From an uncultured Methanomicrobiales archaeon (GTDB taxonomy: Archaea; Halobacteriota; Methanomicrobia; Methanomicrobiales; Methanospirillaceae): a stretch of 64,000 bases of DNA. A model generated the notes under the pieces. It worked only from the letters and a program-made list of their open reading frames with translations. It did not search any database and was not told the DNA's origin. The position numbers were made by a program, and so were the translations under genes. This document shows, in pieces, positions 32,318-43,508 of the stretch (the stretch's first letter is position 1; each line of letters opens with the position of its first letter). The stretch is taken from positions 64,001-128,000 of the forward strand of contig CAVWXH010000016.1 in NCBI GenBank assembly GCA_963758915.1, given 5' to 3'.

Positions 32318-33370
32318 ATGGCTGAAGTGAGGGCTGGACCAGCTCCTTATATTTATGTCTGTACAAGGATGCGGGTCAGGAAATCAAAACTCCTGCCGAA
32401 AGAAGAGTACCTCAGGATGCTGAATATGGGCCTCCCGGAGATCACCCGGTCGATAGAAGAACTTGAGTATAAGAGGGAAATTGACGAACTGAGCTCCTCG
32501 TTTCATGGTATTGATCTGCTCGAGATCGCCTTATCATGGAACCTTGCCAAGGAATACCAGGCCATTATCGCTATCACTCCTGGAACACTCAAGGCATTTA
32601 CACAGGCCTACCTGAGGCGCTGGGATATTCAGAATGTCCTTACCATTCTCCGGGGTAAACGGCAGGGCCTGAAACCGGGAAAAATCAAGGAAATTCTGAT
32701 CCCGGCGGGTGAACTAGACCGTGTGTTCCTTGACCGGCTACTCCTTGAGGACTCACCTGAAAGAATTGTCGAGGCACTTAAGGGGAAGAAGCTGTACCCG
32801 GTAATTGTAACGGAATTCCCAGGGGCAGTCCAGAGTAACTCGCTTTCCCACATGGAAAATGAGTTGTATAAGGATTTCTACCAGGATCTCATCAGCGATG
32901 CAAACGCGATGAAGGGTGGAAAACTGTTCCTCAATTATATCAGCCTTGATATCGACATCACCAATATCAAGAACCTCTTCCGGCTCCGTGTCGATTCGAT
33001 ACCGGAGGACGCACGGGAGATGATGATCCCTGGCGGAACTTTTTCTGTGGACGATCTGCACAGGTTAAGCAGTATCACTGACCAGAATGAGTTCATTGAT
33101 GCCCTCATGGAAAAAGTCCGTGTAAAGACCCTCCTCGCAGTTCTCGACAAATTGCGCGGGGACAAACCGATCCGTGAGATTGAGATTGACCTGATAAAAG
33201 TGCAGATCGAGCAGATGGAGAAAATGGCAAAATTAAACCCGGTTTCTATCCACCCGATCCTCGTGTATCTTGAGAAGAAAAAGTACGAAGTCTTCAATCT
33301 GCGTGCTATTGCCCGTGGCAAGGAGTCAAAACTCCCCACTGACCGGATAAAAGGGTACCTGGTGATGTAG
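32318..33370 (+). CDS. ahaC: A1Ao ATP synthase subunit C
   Basis: YIYVCTRMRVRKSKLL, DIQNVLTILRGK and EVFNLRAIARGK motifs. Confidence 0.95.
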   Translation: MAEVRAGPAPYIYVCTRMRVRKSKLLPKEEYLRMLNMGLPEITRSIEELEYKREIDELSSSFHGIDLLEIALSWNLAKEYQAIIAITPGTLKAFTQAYLRRWDIQNVLTILRGKRQGLKPGKIKEILIPAGELDRVFLDRLLLEDSPERIVEALKGKKLYPVIVTEFPGAVQSNSLSHMENELYKDFYQDLISDANAMKGGKLFLNYISLDIDITNIKNLFRLRVDSIPEDAREMMIPGGTFSVDDLHRLSSITDQNEFIDALMEKVRVKTLLAVLDKLRGDKPIREIEIDLIKVQIEQMEKMAKLNPVSIHPILVYLEKKKYEVFNLRAIARGKESKLPTDRIKGYLVM

Positions 33371-33673
33371 ATGGAGATTGCAGTCATTGGTAACAGTGAG
33401 TTCATCTTAGGGTTCCGGCTTGCCGGAATAAGGAAGACGTACGCAGCAGAAAACGAAGCAAAGCTCACAGAATATATCAACGGGGTTCTTGGGGACAACG
33501 ATGTCGGGATCCTTGTCCTGAACAATAGTGATATGAACCGGATCCCGGTACGGCTCAGAACACAACTCGAAAATTCGGTAAAACCGACGGTAATCGCAAT
33601 CGGCGGGGAAGAAGGCGGGTTGTCCATGAGAGAGAGAATCAAGAGATCAGTGGGTGTTGATCTGTGGAAGTGA
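33371..33673 (+). CDS. ahaF: A1Ao ATP synthase subunit F
   Basis: [18 protein letters not shown] and IKRSVGVDL motifs. Confidence 0.95.
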   Translation: MEIAVIGNSEFILGFRLAGIRKTYAAENEAKLTEYINGVLGDNDVGILVLNNSDMNRIPVRLRTQLENSVKPTVIAIGGEEGGLSMRERIKRSVGVDLWK

Positions 33674-35430
33674 ATGAAAAAGATTCAAAAATCGACAAAA
33701 AGGGTGTTCTTAAAAGGATTTCAGGGCCGGTTGTCACGGCAGTGAATTTCGATGCCCACATGTACGACGTAGTCAAAGTCGGGAACGAGGCATTGATGGG
33801 CGAAGTCATCAAGATCCAGGGTGAGGAAACCATCATCCAGGTCTACGAAGATACTTCAGGCATCAAACCCGGGGAACCTGTAGTGAATACAGGACTTTCT
33901 CTTGCGGTTGAACTGGGCCCTGGTCTCCTGACAAATATCTACGATGGCATTCAGCGTCCTTTAAGCGTCCTCGTCGATAAGATGGGAAATTTCATCGAGA
34001 GAGGAGTTTCTGCCCCAGGGCTTCCCCACGATAAGAAGTGGGAATTTGTGCCCCTGGTCAAAGAAGGTGACAAGGTCATTGGCGGGAGTATCATCGGTGA
34101 AGTGCAGGAAACGAACATCGTCCATAAAGTCATGGTACCCCCGAATCTCAAGGGTGGGGCTGTAAAAAGCATTAAATCAGGCTCTTTTACCGTCGATGAG
34201 GTAGTGTGCGTTCTTGAGGACGGCACTTCATTAACCATGATGCAGCGCTGGCCTGTGCGGGTTCCAAGACCTGTAAAAGAAAAGCTGAACCCGGAGATCC
34301 CGTTGATTACCGGTCAGCGGATACTCGACGGGCTCTTCCCGATCGCAAAAGGAGGCACAGCAGCAATCCCTGGCCCGTTCGGAAGCGGTAAAACCGTCAC
34401 CCAGCAGCAGCTTGCAAAATGGAGTGATGCGGAGATCGTGGTCTACATCGGCTGCGGTGAACGCGGCAATGAAATGACAGAAGTGCTGACGGAATTCCCG
34501 GAACTCGAAGACCCGAAGACCGGCAAACCACTGATGGAGAGGACCGTTCTTATTGCAAACACGAGCAACATGCCGGTGGCGGCACGAGAAGCATCGGTGT
34601 ATACCGGTATCACGATTGCGGAGTATTTCCGTGATATGGGATACGATGTCTCGCTGATGGCAGATTCCACCTCACGATGGGCGGAAGCAATGCGTGAGAT
34701 CTCATCACGTCTTGAAGAGATGCCTGGTGAGGAAGGATACCCTGCATATCTTGCAGCCCGGCTCTCGGAATTCTACGAACGTGCAGGACTTGTGATTACC
34801 CTCGCTGGTGGAAATGGTTCCGTATCAGTTATCGGTGCAGTTTCCCCCCCTGGTGGAGATTTCTCCGAGCCTGTTACCCAGAATACCCTCCGTATTGTCA
34901 AGGTGTTCTGGGCGCTCGATGCGAAACTTTCGCAGCGCCGTCATTTCCCGGCCATCAACTGGTTAAACTCATATTCCCTGTACCTTGATACCCTCCACGA
35001 CTGGTACGACCGCGAGGTCTCACCCGAGTGGAACACATTGAGGTCATGGGCAATGGAAGTCCTCCAGAAAGAGGCCGAGCTCCAGGAGATCGTGCAGCTG
35101 GTAGGGTCAGACGCATTGCCTGAGACTGAACAGATCACGATCGAGGTTGCCCGCATGATACGTGAGATCTTCCTCCAGCAGAATGCCTATGATCCGGTCG
35201 ACACGTTCTGTGACATGAAGAAGCAGTATGATATTATGAAGTCGATCAAGTTGTTCGCCGACCTTTCGGCGGCAGCACAGGCAGCAGGTGTGACTCCGAC
35301 ACAGATTATTGCTTCCAAAGCGAAGAACGACCTGCCGCAGATCAAATTCATCAAGGACTACCAACCTGAGCTCGAGAGGATTGAAAAAGAGATGGATGCA
35401 GAATTCAATGCACTGAGGGCGGCAGCATGA
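33664..35430 (+). CDS. ahaA: A1Ao ATP synthase subunit A
   Basis: [16 protein letters not shown] and [11 protein letters not shown]; 588 aa, no intein. Confidence 0.98.
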   Translation: MEVNEKDSKIDKKGVLKRISGPVVTAVNFDAHMYDVVKVGNEALMGEVIKIQGEETIIQVYEDTSGIKPGEPVVNTGLSLAVELGPGLLTNIYDGIQRPLSVLVDKMGNFIERGVSAPGLPHDKKWEFVPLVKEGDKVIGGSIIGEVQETNIVHKVMVPPNLKGGAVKSIKSGSFTVDEVVCVLEDGTSLTMMQRWPVRVPRPVKEKLNPEIPLITGQRILDGLFPIAKGGTAAIPGPFGSGKTVTQQQLAKWSDAEIVVYIGCGERGNEMTEVLTEFPELEDPKTGKPLMERTVLIANTSNMPVAAREASVYTGITIAEYFRDMGYDVSLMADSTSRWAEAMREISSRLEEMPGEEGYPAYLAARLSEFYERAGLVITLAGGNGSVSVIGAVSPPGGDFSEPVTQNTLRIVKVFWALDAKLSQRRHFPAINWLNSYSLYLDTLHDWYDREVSPEWNTLRSWAMEVLQKEAELQEIVQLVGSDALPETEQITIEVARMIREIFLQQNAYDPVDTFCDMKKQYDIMKSIKLFADLSAAAQAAGVTPTQIIASKAKNDLPQIKFIKDYQPELERIEKEMDAEFNALRAAA

Positions 35431-36815
35431 AGGAATACAGGACGATTTCTAAAATTGCCGGTCCTCTCGTGTTTGTCGAGAAGACCGAGCCTATCGGGTA
35501 CGGTGAGCTGGTCAACATTGTGACCTCTGATGGTACCATTAAGCGTGGGCAGGTGCTCGATACGAGCGATAATCTCGTCGTTGTGCAGGTCTTTGAGACG
35601 ACTGCAGGTATCGGAAGGGACAGTGGTGTCCGTTTCACCGGTGAAACCATCAAAATGCCTGTCGGAAAGGAGATGCTCGGACGTATCCTCTCTGGTGGCG
35701 GGAAGCCGATTGACGGCGGCCCTGAAATAGTCCCGGAAAAACGCCTGGATATCACCGGTGCGGCAATCAATCCCTATGCGCGTGCATCACCGAACGAATT
35801 TATCCAGACCGGTATTTCAACCATTGACGGGACGAACACACTTGTCAGGGGACAGAAGCTCCCGATTTTCTCGGCAGCGGGTCTTCCCCACAATAATGTG
35901 GCCCTGCAGATCGCCCGGCAGTCAAAAGTGATCGGTTCCACGGAGCCTTTCGCCGTGGTTTTCGCTGCCATGGGTATCACGAAGGAAGAGGCAAACCACT
36001 TCATGAAGGACTTTGAGCGTACAGGGGCGCTCGAGCGTGCAGTAGTGTTCTTAAACCTCGCTGATGACCCGGCAGTCGAACGGATTATCACCCCGCGTCT
36101 TGCCCTCACAACGGCCGAGTACCTTGCATTTGAACTTGGGATGCACGTGCTGGTTATCCTTACCGACATGACCAATTATTGTGAAGCACTCCGTCAGATT
36201 GGCGCGGCCCGTGAAGAAGTGCCAGGTCGCCGTGGTTATCCCGGTTACATGTACACCGACCTTGCAAGCATCTACGAACGTGCAGGGATTATCAAGGGCC
36301 TGAAAGGTTCTGTAACCCAGATCCCGATCCTTACGATGCCGGGTGACGATATCACGCACCCGATCCCTGACCTTACCGGGTACATTACCGAAGGACAGAT
36401 CGTGGTTTCCCGTGAGCTCCACCGGAAGGGTATTTACCCGCCAATCAACGTTTTGCCCTCATTATCCCGCCTGATGAACCTTGGTATCGGAAAAGGTCAT
36501 ACAAGGGAAGACCACAAAAAGGTCTCTGACCAGATGTATGCCGGGTATGCGGAAGGAAACGACCTCCGTGGCCTGGTCGCGATCGTGGGTAAGGATGCCC
36601 TTTCAGAACGTGACCGGATGCTTCTTGAATTTGCAGACCTCTTTGAACAGCGGTTTGTAAAACAGGGATACGACGAGGACAGGACAATCGTGGACACGCT
36701 TGATCTCGGCTGGGACCTGCTCTCGACATTACCCGTGGAACAGCTCACCCGTATCGATCGGGACCTTATCAACCGGTATCATCCCAAATTTAAAGCCGGG
36801 GCAGCAAAGGAGTAA
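35427..36815 (+). CDS. ahaB: A1Ao ATP synthase subunit B
   Basis: GQKLPIFS and [17 protein letters not shown] motifs. Confidence 0.98.
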   Translation: MKEYRTISKIAGPLVFVEKTEPIGYGELVNIVTSDGTIKRGQVLDTSDNLVVVQVFETTAGIGRDSGVRFTGETIKMPVGKEMLGRILSGGGKPIDGGPEIVPEKRLDITGAAINPYARASPNEFIQTGISTIDGTNTLVRGQKLPIFSAAGLPHNNVALQIARQSKVIGSTEPFAVVFAAMGITKEEANHFMKDFERTGALERAVVFLNLADDPAVERIITPRLALTTAEYLAFELGMHVLVILTDMTNYCEALRQIGAAREEVPGRRGYPGYMYTDLASIYERAGIIKGLKGSVTQIPILTMPGDDITHPIPDLTGYITEGQIVVSRELHRKGIYPPINVLPSLSRLMNLGIGKGHTREDHKKVSDQMYAGYAEGNDLRGLVAIVGKDALSERDRMLLEFADLFEQRFVKQGYDEDRTIVDTLDLGWDLLSTLPVEQLTRIDRDLINRYHPKFKAGAAKE

Positions 36816-36821
36816 CGTCAC

Positions 36822-37451
36822 ATGGCGCTCAGAGATATTAAGCCAACACGTTCAGAACTGATCAACCTTAAAAGGAGGATTGCGCTCTCCGAGCGTGGCT
36901 ATAAAATTCTCAAGATGAAGCGTGACGGACTGATCCTTGAATTTTTCAAGGTTCTTGCGGATGCCAAAGACAGCCGTGGAGAACTGCTGCAGAAATACCA
37001 GCGGGCAGTTGAAAGCATGGCGCTTGCGAACACGGTAGAAGGAGCAATCGGGGTAAAATCAGCTGCATTCTCCGTTAAGGAGGTACCCCAGATCATCCTG
37101 ACCTCCAAAAATATCATGGGGGTTGTCGTGCCAAAAATCGAGTCTTCGAAGGTGAGAAAGAGCCTTGTCGACCGTGGGTACGGTGTCCTCGGCACCACCT
37201 CGATTATCGATGAGACCGCCACCTCCTTTGAGGAGCTCGTTGAAGCGATCATCGAGAGTGCAGAGATCGAGACCACGATGAAACGACTCCTTAGTGAGAT
37301 CGAGTCAACAAAGCGCCGTGTTAATGCGTTAGAGTTTAAGGTGATCCCGGAACTTTCCGAGGCACGGGACTTTATCAAGATGCGTCTCGATGAGATGGAA
37401 CGGGAAGAACTCTTCCGCCTTAAGAAGATCAAGGCAAGAATGAAAGCATAA
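36822..37451 (+). CDS. ahaD: A1Ao ATP synthase subunit D
   Basis: KPTRSELINLK and TKRRVNALE motifs. Confidence 0.97.
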   Translation: MALRDIKPTRSELINLKRRIALSERGYKILKMKRDGLILEFFKVLADAKDSRGELLQKYQRAVESMALANTVEGAIGVKSAAFSVKEVPQIILTSKNIMGVVVPKIESSKVRKSLVDRGYGVLGTTSIIDETATSFEELVEAIIESAEIETTMKRLLSEIESTKRRVNALEFKVIPELSEARDFIKMRLDEMEREELFRLKKIKARMKA

Positions 37452-37470
37452 TTGTAACCATGAGGTGCAG

Positions 37471-38686
37471 ATGCCGATCGGCACACTGAATGAAATGGGA
37501 ACTGATGGGAAAACGGTCCTGCTCAGGCTTGATCTCAATTCCCCCATCGATCCCACATCAAATCTTATTCTCGACGATAAACGGTTTCGTGAACATATAC
37601 CTACGATACAGGCCCTGAAGGGAAGCAGGGTCGTGATCGTGACACACCAGAGCCGTCCTGGGAAAAAGGACTTCACGACACTTGAAGCCCATGCTGAGAA
37701 GTTATCCCAGATGCTCGGGCGATCGGTTTTCTATATCGATGATATATTTGGGAACTCGTGCACGGGACGCCGTCCGGAATATGCGTTCGGGAGAAGTGAT
37801 AATGCTTGAGAATGTCAGGTTTAATGCTGAAGAAAACCTGACATTAAAACCCGAAGAAGCAAAAAAGACCCATCTTGTGCGTAAACTTTCAGGTATGGGG
37901 GATATTTTTATTAACGATGCATTCGGGACGGCACATCGCTCGCAGCCTACGGTTGTCGGGCTCCCGCTGGTCATGAAATCAGCTGCCGGTCTCCTGATGG
38001 AGAAGGAGGTCTCAACATTGAGCAGGGTGTTCATCGGGGCGCCAAAACCTGTGTGCATGGTGCTTGGTGGAACCAAGGTTGATGACTCGATGGCGGTTGC
38101 CCGGCATGTCCTTGAACATGGTATTGCCGATGAGGTAATGGTAATAGGCGTAGTTGCGAATGTCTTTCTCATTGCACTTGGTTTTGATATTGGCTCACCT
38201 TCTACACAATTGATCCACCAGCTGAAGTATGATAAGGAGATCGGTCATGCACGGGACCTCCTTGACCGTTACAGGGAGAGGATTATCGTTCCGGACTGGG
38301 TTGCAGTCCGGGAAGGGAACAGGCGTGTGGAATTTCCCGTCAACGCGATACCAGGGGATGCTCCGGTCCTGGACCTTGGGATGGATGCTATCAGCATGCT
38401 TTCAAAACAATTAAAGGCCGCCGGAACTGTGGTATTCAACGGACCGGCCGGGGTGTTCGAGGAGCCTGATTTCGCTACAGGGACCTATGAACTCCTGAAA
38501 GCGGCATCAACAGTGGATTTCTCAGTAGTGGGTGGTGGGCATACCGCTGCGGTTATCGAAAAACTCGGGCTTGGGAAGCACTTTACCCACATATCGACAG
38601 GCGGTGGGGCCTGCATCGAGTTTCTGACCGGGAAAAAACTTCCGGCAGTTGAAGCACTTGAGTTGTCAAAACAGATATTTGGTTAA
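37471..38686 (+). pseudogene. pgk: Phosphoglycerate kinase, split by a +1 frameshift at ~37751 (probably a sequence error)
   Basis: RLDLNSP and HQSRPG in the first frame; LENVRF, NDAFGTAHRS and HISTGGGA in the second. TTT GGG A ACT joins to FGTRARD. Confidence 0.92.
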
Positions 38687-38689
38687 TCC

Positions 38690-39456
38690 GGTTCTGTTGA
38701 AAACACATATGAACAGTGAGTTCACAGCAAAACTATGAAAATTCCCGTTAAATTCTCCTGATATCGGGGGCCGATCAAGCAATTAATATGAAAATCCCAC
38801 TAACAATTTCATTTTGTATGCTTGTGGCCCTTTGGCATCATGCCTGTTTTCACAGGGTATCCTGCATATCTTTTAAATATGGGCTTTGTTGAAACCCTTC
38901 GGTGTCATAAAAAAAATAAGAGGGAAATACGAAGACAGGAGGGGGTTTCGCTCCCTCCCTGCCCCACTCCCATTAAGATATTCTTCGGGCAGGGTTTCCC
39001 AAAGGTCCATTAAATTCAGAGTATAGGGGAATAGTCTCTATCCCAACCGGGGTCGACAAAGCGGCGGGGCGGAGCCCCGGGAGCGTGACGGAATTTTGGA
39101 ATTACCAATCTCCAAGATAGATTTGAGAGGATTACCATGAAAAAGCCTGAACGGCCATTAACATAAGAGATTTTGAACGATACATTTTCATAGCCCTGGT
39201 GTGGACATCCCGTTCTTGTGTGTTTCTACAGAGCGTAAAAAGAGGAAATTCGTTGACAGGAGGGGTTTTCACTCCCTTCCTGTCCCTCCCCCAGCAAAGA
39301 TATTCAGTGTGCATGGTTCACCCGACATTTTGGGGATTTATGGCCCCGTCCCTACCAAAACCGGGCAGCCAAAGCGGCGGGGCCGAACCCCGGGATCTTG
39401 GGTAAATTTGGGAATACCCCTGTTAAAAAGAAAGATTTACAGGTTTTAACAAGCCC
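38690..39456 (+). mobile_element. MITE-like repeat, long form with a nested short form
   Basis: Outer ends ggttctgttgaaa (38690) and ttttaacaagccc (39444-39456); hairpin core at 39255-39400. Confidence 0.75.
38881..39147 (+). mobile_element. MITE-like repeat, short form (nested)
   Basis: Starts gggctttgttgaaa; near-collinear with 10184-10446 and 45089-45260. Confidence 0.75.
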
Positions 39457-39508
39457 AAAAATATTATTACGATTGATTATCTGCCTGGTTATTCGATGTG
39501 TCGGAACA

Positions 39509-40138
39509 TTACGCGATAAGGTTCATCGCGGCCAATAGCTGACTGGTGGTCCCCATATTACTCTGGTAGCCGACATTAGCCCGGTTATATGCATCATTTG
39601 CGTTATACCAGTTGCCTGCAAGCGCAAAGTCAGATGACTCTTTGTATGTTACCGTATTTCGTTGAACCGCATTCAACGTTGAAATCAGGACCGAAAGTGT
39701 TTCCTGCTGTGATTGAGGGGCTGTTTTCAACGCACTGGTATAGTCGGCCTGCGCACTGATGAAGAGGTTTTCAGCCGAGATGAAATTCTGTTTGGCGCTA
39801 AAGACTACATTCGTCTCATTATTATAGTTAGATCTGATGCTAAGCGGGGGAATCATTAAAGTTTTACCTTTTTCGACCTCTTTCTTTGCACTGTTTACTT
39901 TGTCGGTGCCAGACTGGATATAATCCAGGTATGCATATGCTGAAGTGGGTACCGGTGTGATTGCTGTCGGTGCAGGCGTTGGCTGAACTATTTCCGGGGT
40001 TGGTTCAGGAGTTGGCTGAACTGTCGGCTGGGACAGCGGTAATGTTCGTGAATATACCGAGTATGCGAACACGAGTGCTACCATGCAGACAGCGATGACG
40101 ATAACAATAGTTATTATCAGATTTGGTGATAATTTCAT
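39509..40138 (-). CDS. Membrane-anchored/secreted hypothetical protein with Pro/Thr linker
   Basis: N-terminal TM, QPTVQPTPEPTPE linker and helical C-terminal domain. Confidence 0.75.
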   Translation of the reverse strand: MKLSPNLIITIVIVIAVCMVALVFAYSVYSRTLPLSQPTVQPTPEPTPEIVQPTPAPTAITPVPTSAYAYLDYIQSGTDKVNSAKKEVEKGKTLMIPPLSIRSNYNNETNVVFSAKQNFISAENLFISAQADYTSALKTAPQSQQETLSVLISTLNAVQRNTVTYKESSDFALAGNWYNANDAYNRANVGYQSNMGTTSQLLAAMNLIA

Positions 40139-40444
40139 AATAAACAAATATTTATACTACCTCATTAACCTTTTGTAAAAACCTGATTCAGGAAAGATGA
40201 ATTGTTAGTGATGTCCCATGTTCCTGGCTTTTGAATAGTTTTCCATATTATTGATGCCGGTATCATATGTGCATGAATAAATTTTTGGGTGTACTGGTAC
40301 CATTTCATCCAGGCAGCAATCCAAATAATTGAGATTTGGCTTATAGAAGTATAAAATACCCGCCGATGGTCACTTTGGTTAACCCCTTTTTTCGTTGTCC
40401 GGTACCAGTATCAGACCGCCATAATTTTTAGTCCGGCTATCGTT

Positions 40445-40804
40445 ATGGATAGTATGCGCACTCAGGTTCTTTTCCTGATTTTTGCTCTCCTTGTTCTTTC
40501 ACTACTGGGTAGCGGCTGCATGAACCTGGTACCCGGGGATGTGACATACAAATCAGGATCTATAACATTCATAGTCAGGAGCGAGGAAGCCATCCCTGAC
40601 GGGGTACTGGAAGTCGCGGTTTTCCGCTTGCAGGACTTAAAACAGGTCGAACTATTCAGGAATGCGGATAATTTTCCACTTAAGGCCGGGGATAACGTGG
40701 TCACCATACCGCTTCCACTCGGGAAGGGAAATTACCGGAGTTTTATCTACATCAGTTCAGCGACTACCCGCTACCCGGTGGTGATCAGGGATTTTGAAAT
40801 CTGA
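40445..40804 (+). CDS. Putative lipoprotein
   Basis: Signal peptide with lipobox LLGSGC; beta-rich domain. Confidence 0.7.
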   Translation: MDSMRTQVLFLIFALLVLSLLGSGCMNLVPGDVTYKSGSITFIVRSEEAIPDGVLEVAVFRLQDLKQVELFRNADNFPLKAGDNVVTIPLPLGKGNYRSFIYISSATTRYPVVIRDFEI

Positions 40805-42461
40805 CCTTCAATCTTTAATCAGGGCCGCAAGAGGTCTTACCCCTGCGGATATTGTTATCCGGAATGCGGAACTCTACGACCCGTTTACCTGCGGCTGGGA
40901 CCTTGTTAATTTTGCCATAAAAGACGGGATAGTGCTTGGAACCGGTAATTATTCCGGTATCAGGGATATAGACTGCAAAGGGGCGCGGGTTGTTCCGGGA
41001 TTAATCGATTCCCATGTCCATATCGAGAGCTCCCTGCTTTGTCCCGCAGAATATGCCCGCCTGGTTGCCCGTCATGGGACGTCGACGGTCATCGCGGACC
41101 CCCACGAGATAGCGAATGTTCTGGGAAAACAAGGGATCGAATACATGCTCCAGGCATCGCAAAACACCGGCATTGATTTTTTTTATATGGTGCCGTCCTG
41201 TGTCCCATCGACACCTGTTGATACCGGAGGTGCTACGCTGGAGGCACCTGACCTCCTAACGTTTGCAGGCAGGGAAGGTATACTGGGATTGGGGGAAATG
41301 ATGAATATGCCGGGTGTCCTGTCAGGGGATGCGGGAATAATTAAAAAACTTGGAATTTTTCCTCTCATAGACGGACATGCCCCAATGCTTACCGGCAATG
41401 ACTTAAACGCCTATATACTCGCAGGGCCAGGGAGTGATCATGAATGTACAGAGGCTGCGGAAGCCCGGGAGAAGTTATCGAAGGGAATGCATATTTTTCT
41501 CCGGGAGGGCTCAACCGAGAAGAATATCAGGGCGCTGCTTCCGGTTGTGACCCCTTGCACGGTTTCACGGTGTTCATTTTCCACCGATGACCGTCACGCA
41601 GACACGCTTATGAAACAGGGACATATCGATGGTATAATACGAACGGCCGTATCAGAAGGGCTGGAACTTGAACTCGCTCTCCGGATGGCTACCCTGTCGG
41701 CAGCCGGGAGGTTCGGGTTACATGACCGTGGGGCGATATCCCCGGGTCGGATAGCGGATTTCTCTATCGTTGATACAAAAAAAGAATTTTATGTGAGGAG
41801 GACATTCAGACGCGGGAAAGAGATCCAGGGTGTATGCGTCCCTGTAACTGCACCGGCACTTCCGAACATAACGGCAACTATACCCGGGCCTGCTGACTTT
41901 GCCCTGAAAGGGAACGGGCTTGCACGAGTAATTGGTATTGTCCCCGGACAGATAATTACCAAAGAACTGCATTTTGATCTGCAAAGTGCAGAATTGCCCG
42001 ATTTAGAGCGGGATATAATAAAAACCACTGTTTGCAGCCGCTATTCTCCCGGGCTGCATATGACTGGTCTCGTACATGGGTTCGCGTTTGATCATGGCGC
42101 CATAGCTGGCAGTGTATCGCATGATGCCCATAATATTATTGCTGCCGGAACAAGCGACGAAGAACTTCAAAAAGCCATATCAGCCGTGATTTGTAACAAT
42201 GGTGGACTTGTGGCTGTGAATGGTGCTGATGTAACGGTGTTACCACTTGAAAATGCGGGGCTCATGTCCATAAGACCATATGAAGAGGTTGTTGAACAGC
42301 TCGAAATACTCCATTCAGCGACTCGTGAGATGGGTGGGATCGAAGACCCTTTTATGTACCTATCGTTCCTTTGCCTGCCAGTAATTCCGCAGCTCCGGCT
42401 GACGGTCCGTGGACTCTTTTCGGTTGAGAAATTTGAAACTGTCCCGGTATTTGTTGATTAG
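40794..42461 (+). CDS. ade: Adenine deaminase
   Basis: PGLIDSHVHIESS, DPHEIANV, GLGEMMN, SDHEC, TDDRH and HDAHN motifs. Confidence 0.96.
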   Translation: MKSDLQSLIRAARGLTPADIVIRNAELYDPFTCGWDLVNFAIKDGIVLGTGNYSGIRDIDCKGARVVPGLIDSHVHIESSLLCPAEYARLVARHGTSTVIADPHEIANVLGKQGIEYMLQASQNTGIDFFYMVPSCVPSTPVDTGGATLEAPDLLTFAGREGILGLGEMMNMPGVLSGDAGIIKKLGIFPLIDGHAPMLTGNDLNAYILAGPGSDHECTEAAEAREKLSKGMHIFLREGSTEKNIRALLPVVTPCTVSRCSFSTDDRHADTLMKQGHIDGIIRTAVSEGLELELALRMATLSAAGRFGLHDRGAISPGRIADFSIVDTKKEFYVRRTFRRGKEIQGVCVPVTAPALPNITATIPGPADFALKGNGLARVIGIVPGQIITKELHFDLQSAELPDLERDIIKTTVCSRYSPGLHMTGLVHGFAFDHGAIAGSVSHDAHNIIAAGTSDEELQKAISAVICNNGGLVAVNGADVTVLPLENAGLMSIRPYEEVVEQLEILHSATREMGGIEDPFMYLSFLCLPVIPQLRLTVRGLFSVEKFETVPVFVD

Positions 42462-42644
42462 GCAGAAAATACTTTTTTCCTCTGTCAATAACCTCCGGGT
42501 ATAAAAGAATGAAACGGGAGTCACTGTCAGGCAAATGGGTCAAGCCACACCCTGCCTGAGCCCATTATGCTTTTATTTTCCCACAGGGTAAACCAGTTTT
42601 TTTTAGATTCCTGAATAGTTCAGTAATGACCAGAAAACAGCCAA

Positions 42645-42780
42645 CTGCGGCTGAGGCGCCCAGGTTGGAATGGAGACATTTCTGGACCCACCGGGATTAT
42701 TGAAACGATCTCCAGAAAACCTTTTGCCTGGTTGAATTTCTTATCCGGGGTGGGATCGTGTGGGATAAATCCCCCTCCTG
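42645..42780 (-). repeat. Diverged minus-strand copy of the repeat core
   Basis: Reverse complement caggagggggatttatccc..cccaccccggataagaaattc..tctccattccaacctgggcgcc aligns with 10246-10360. Confidence 0.6.
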
Positions 42781-42820
42781 CTTAAGCAGTTCTGTTTACT
42801 ATGGCAGGATTAATTCCTAC

Positions 42821-42995
42821 GATTTAATATAAAAATTCCCCTGGTAGTTTCATATTGTATGCTTGTGGCAACCAGGCCTCATGTCTGTTTTCAAAAGTAT
42901 GACCAATGACCGCAGGTCGTATAACTGTTTCCTTAATGCAGGAAAGGGTTTTCACTGAGCGTATATTTCAAAATCTGCAGGATAGATGTTAGAGG
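42821..42995 (+). repeat. Internally deleted long-form repeat remnant
   Basis: taatataaaaattccc..ttgtatgcttgtggc..catgtctgtttt, then caggaaagggttttcact and aatctgcaggatagat (cf. 47662). Confidence 0.6.
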
Positions 42996-43508
42996 ACGTT
43001 AAACGAGTCCCTTTTTTCATACGGCCTCCTGAACAGACATCGTCAGAATGCCATGTTGTACTATGTCCGTAACAAACGGTACGATATTAAAAAGACTGCG
43101 GGAATTCCAGTGATAGAGAATGAGCTGAACGATAAGATCCGGTTGTTGGTGATGCCGGGAGTATCAGCCGGTGATTCATATCTTAAGAGTATCAGCATTA
43201 TGATATGATGATACCAGTCAACCGGACCCTATCAATTTCAGTACAGATTTTGTCTCCTTCAGATAATATAACAGTTTCGCTTGCCACATTGCAGAATTCT
43301 CCGGGTACCAGGGATTTGATCTCATAGAACCTGTATTTCGGGACTCTTTCATCCGAACTGCTGTTGAAACGATCTGCTGAAATGAGTAATCGCGCCATCG
43401 CCGGAGCAACGAATATGAATTAATATATAGATACGGTAACAATTTACATCAGGAGGGGGATATCCCAATGGGACGATCAGGGACAAGGATGCTACCGGGG
43501 GAAGAGTT

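Noticed and set aside
33664-35430. Intein in ATP synthase subunit A (and in LonB)
   Set aside because: Both proteins have normal lengths and uninterrupted motifs.
37471-38686. True loss of pgk/prs (genome decay)
   Set aside because: Each has a single indel with intact catalytic motifs and no other decay, so sequence error is more parsimonious.
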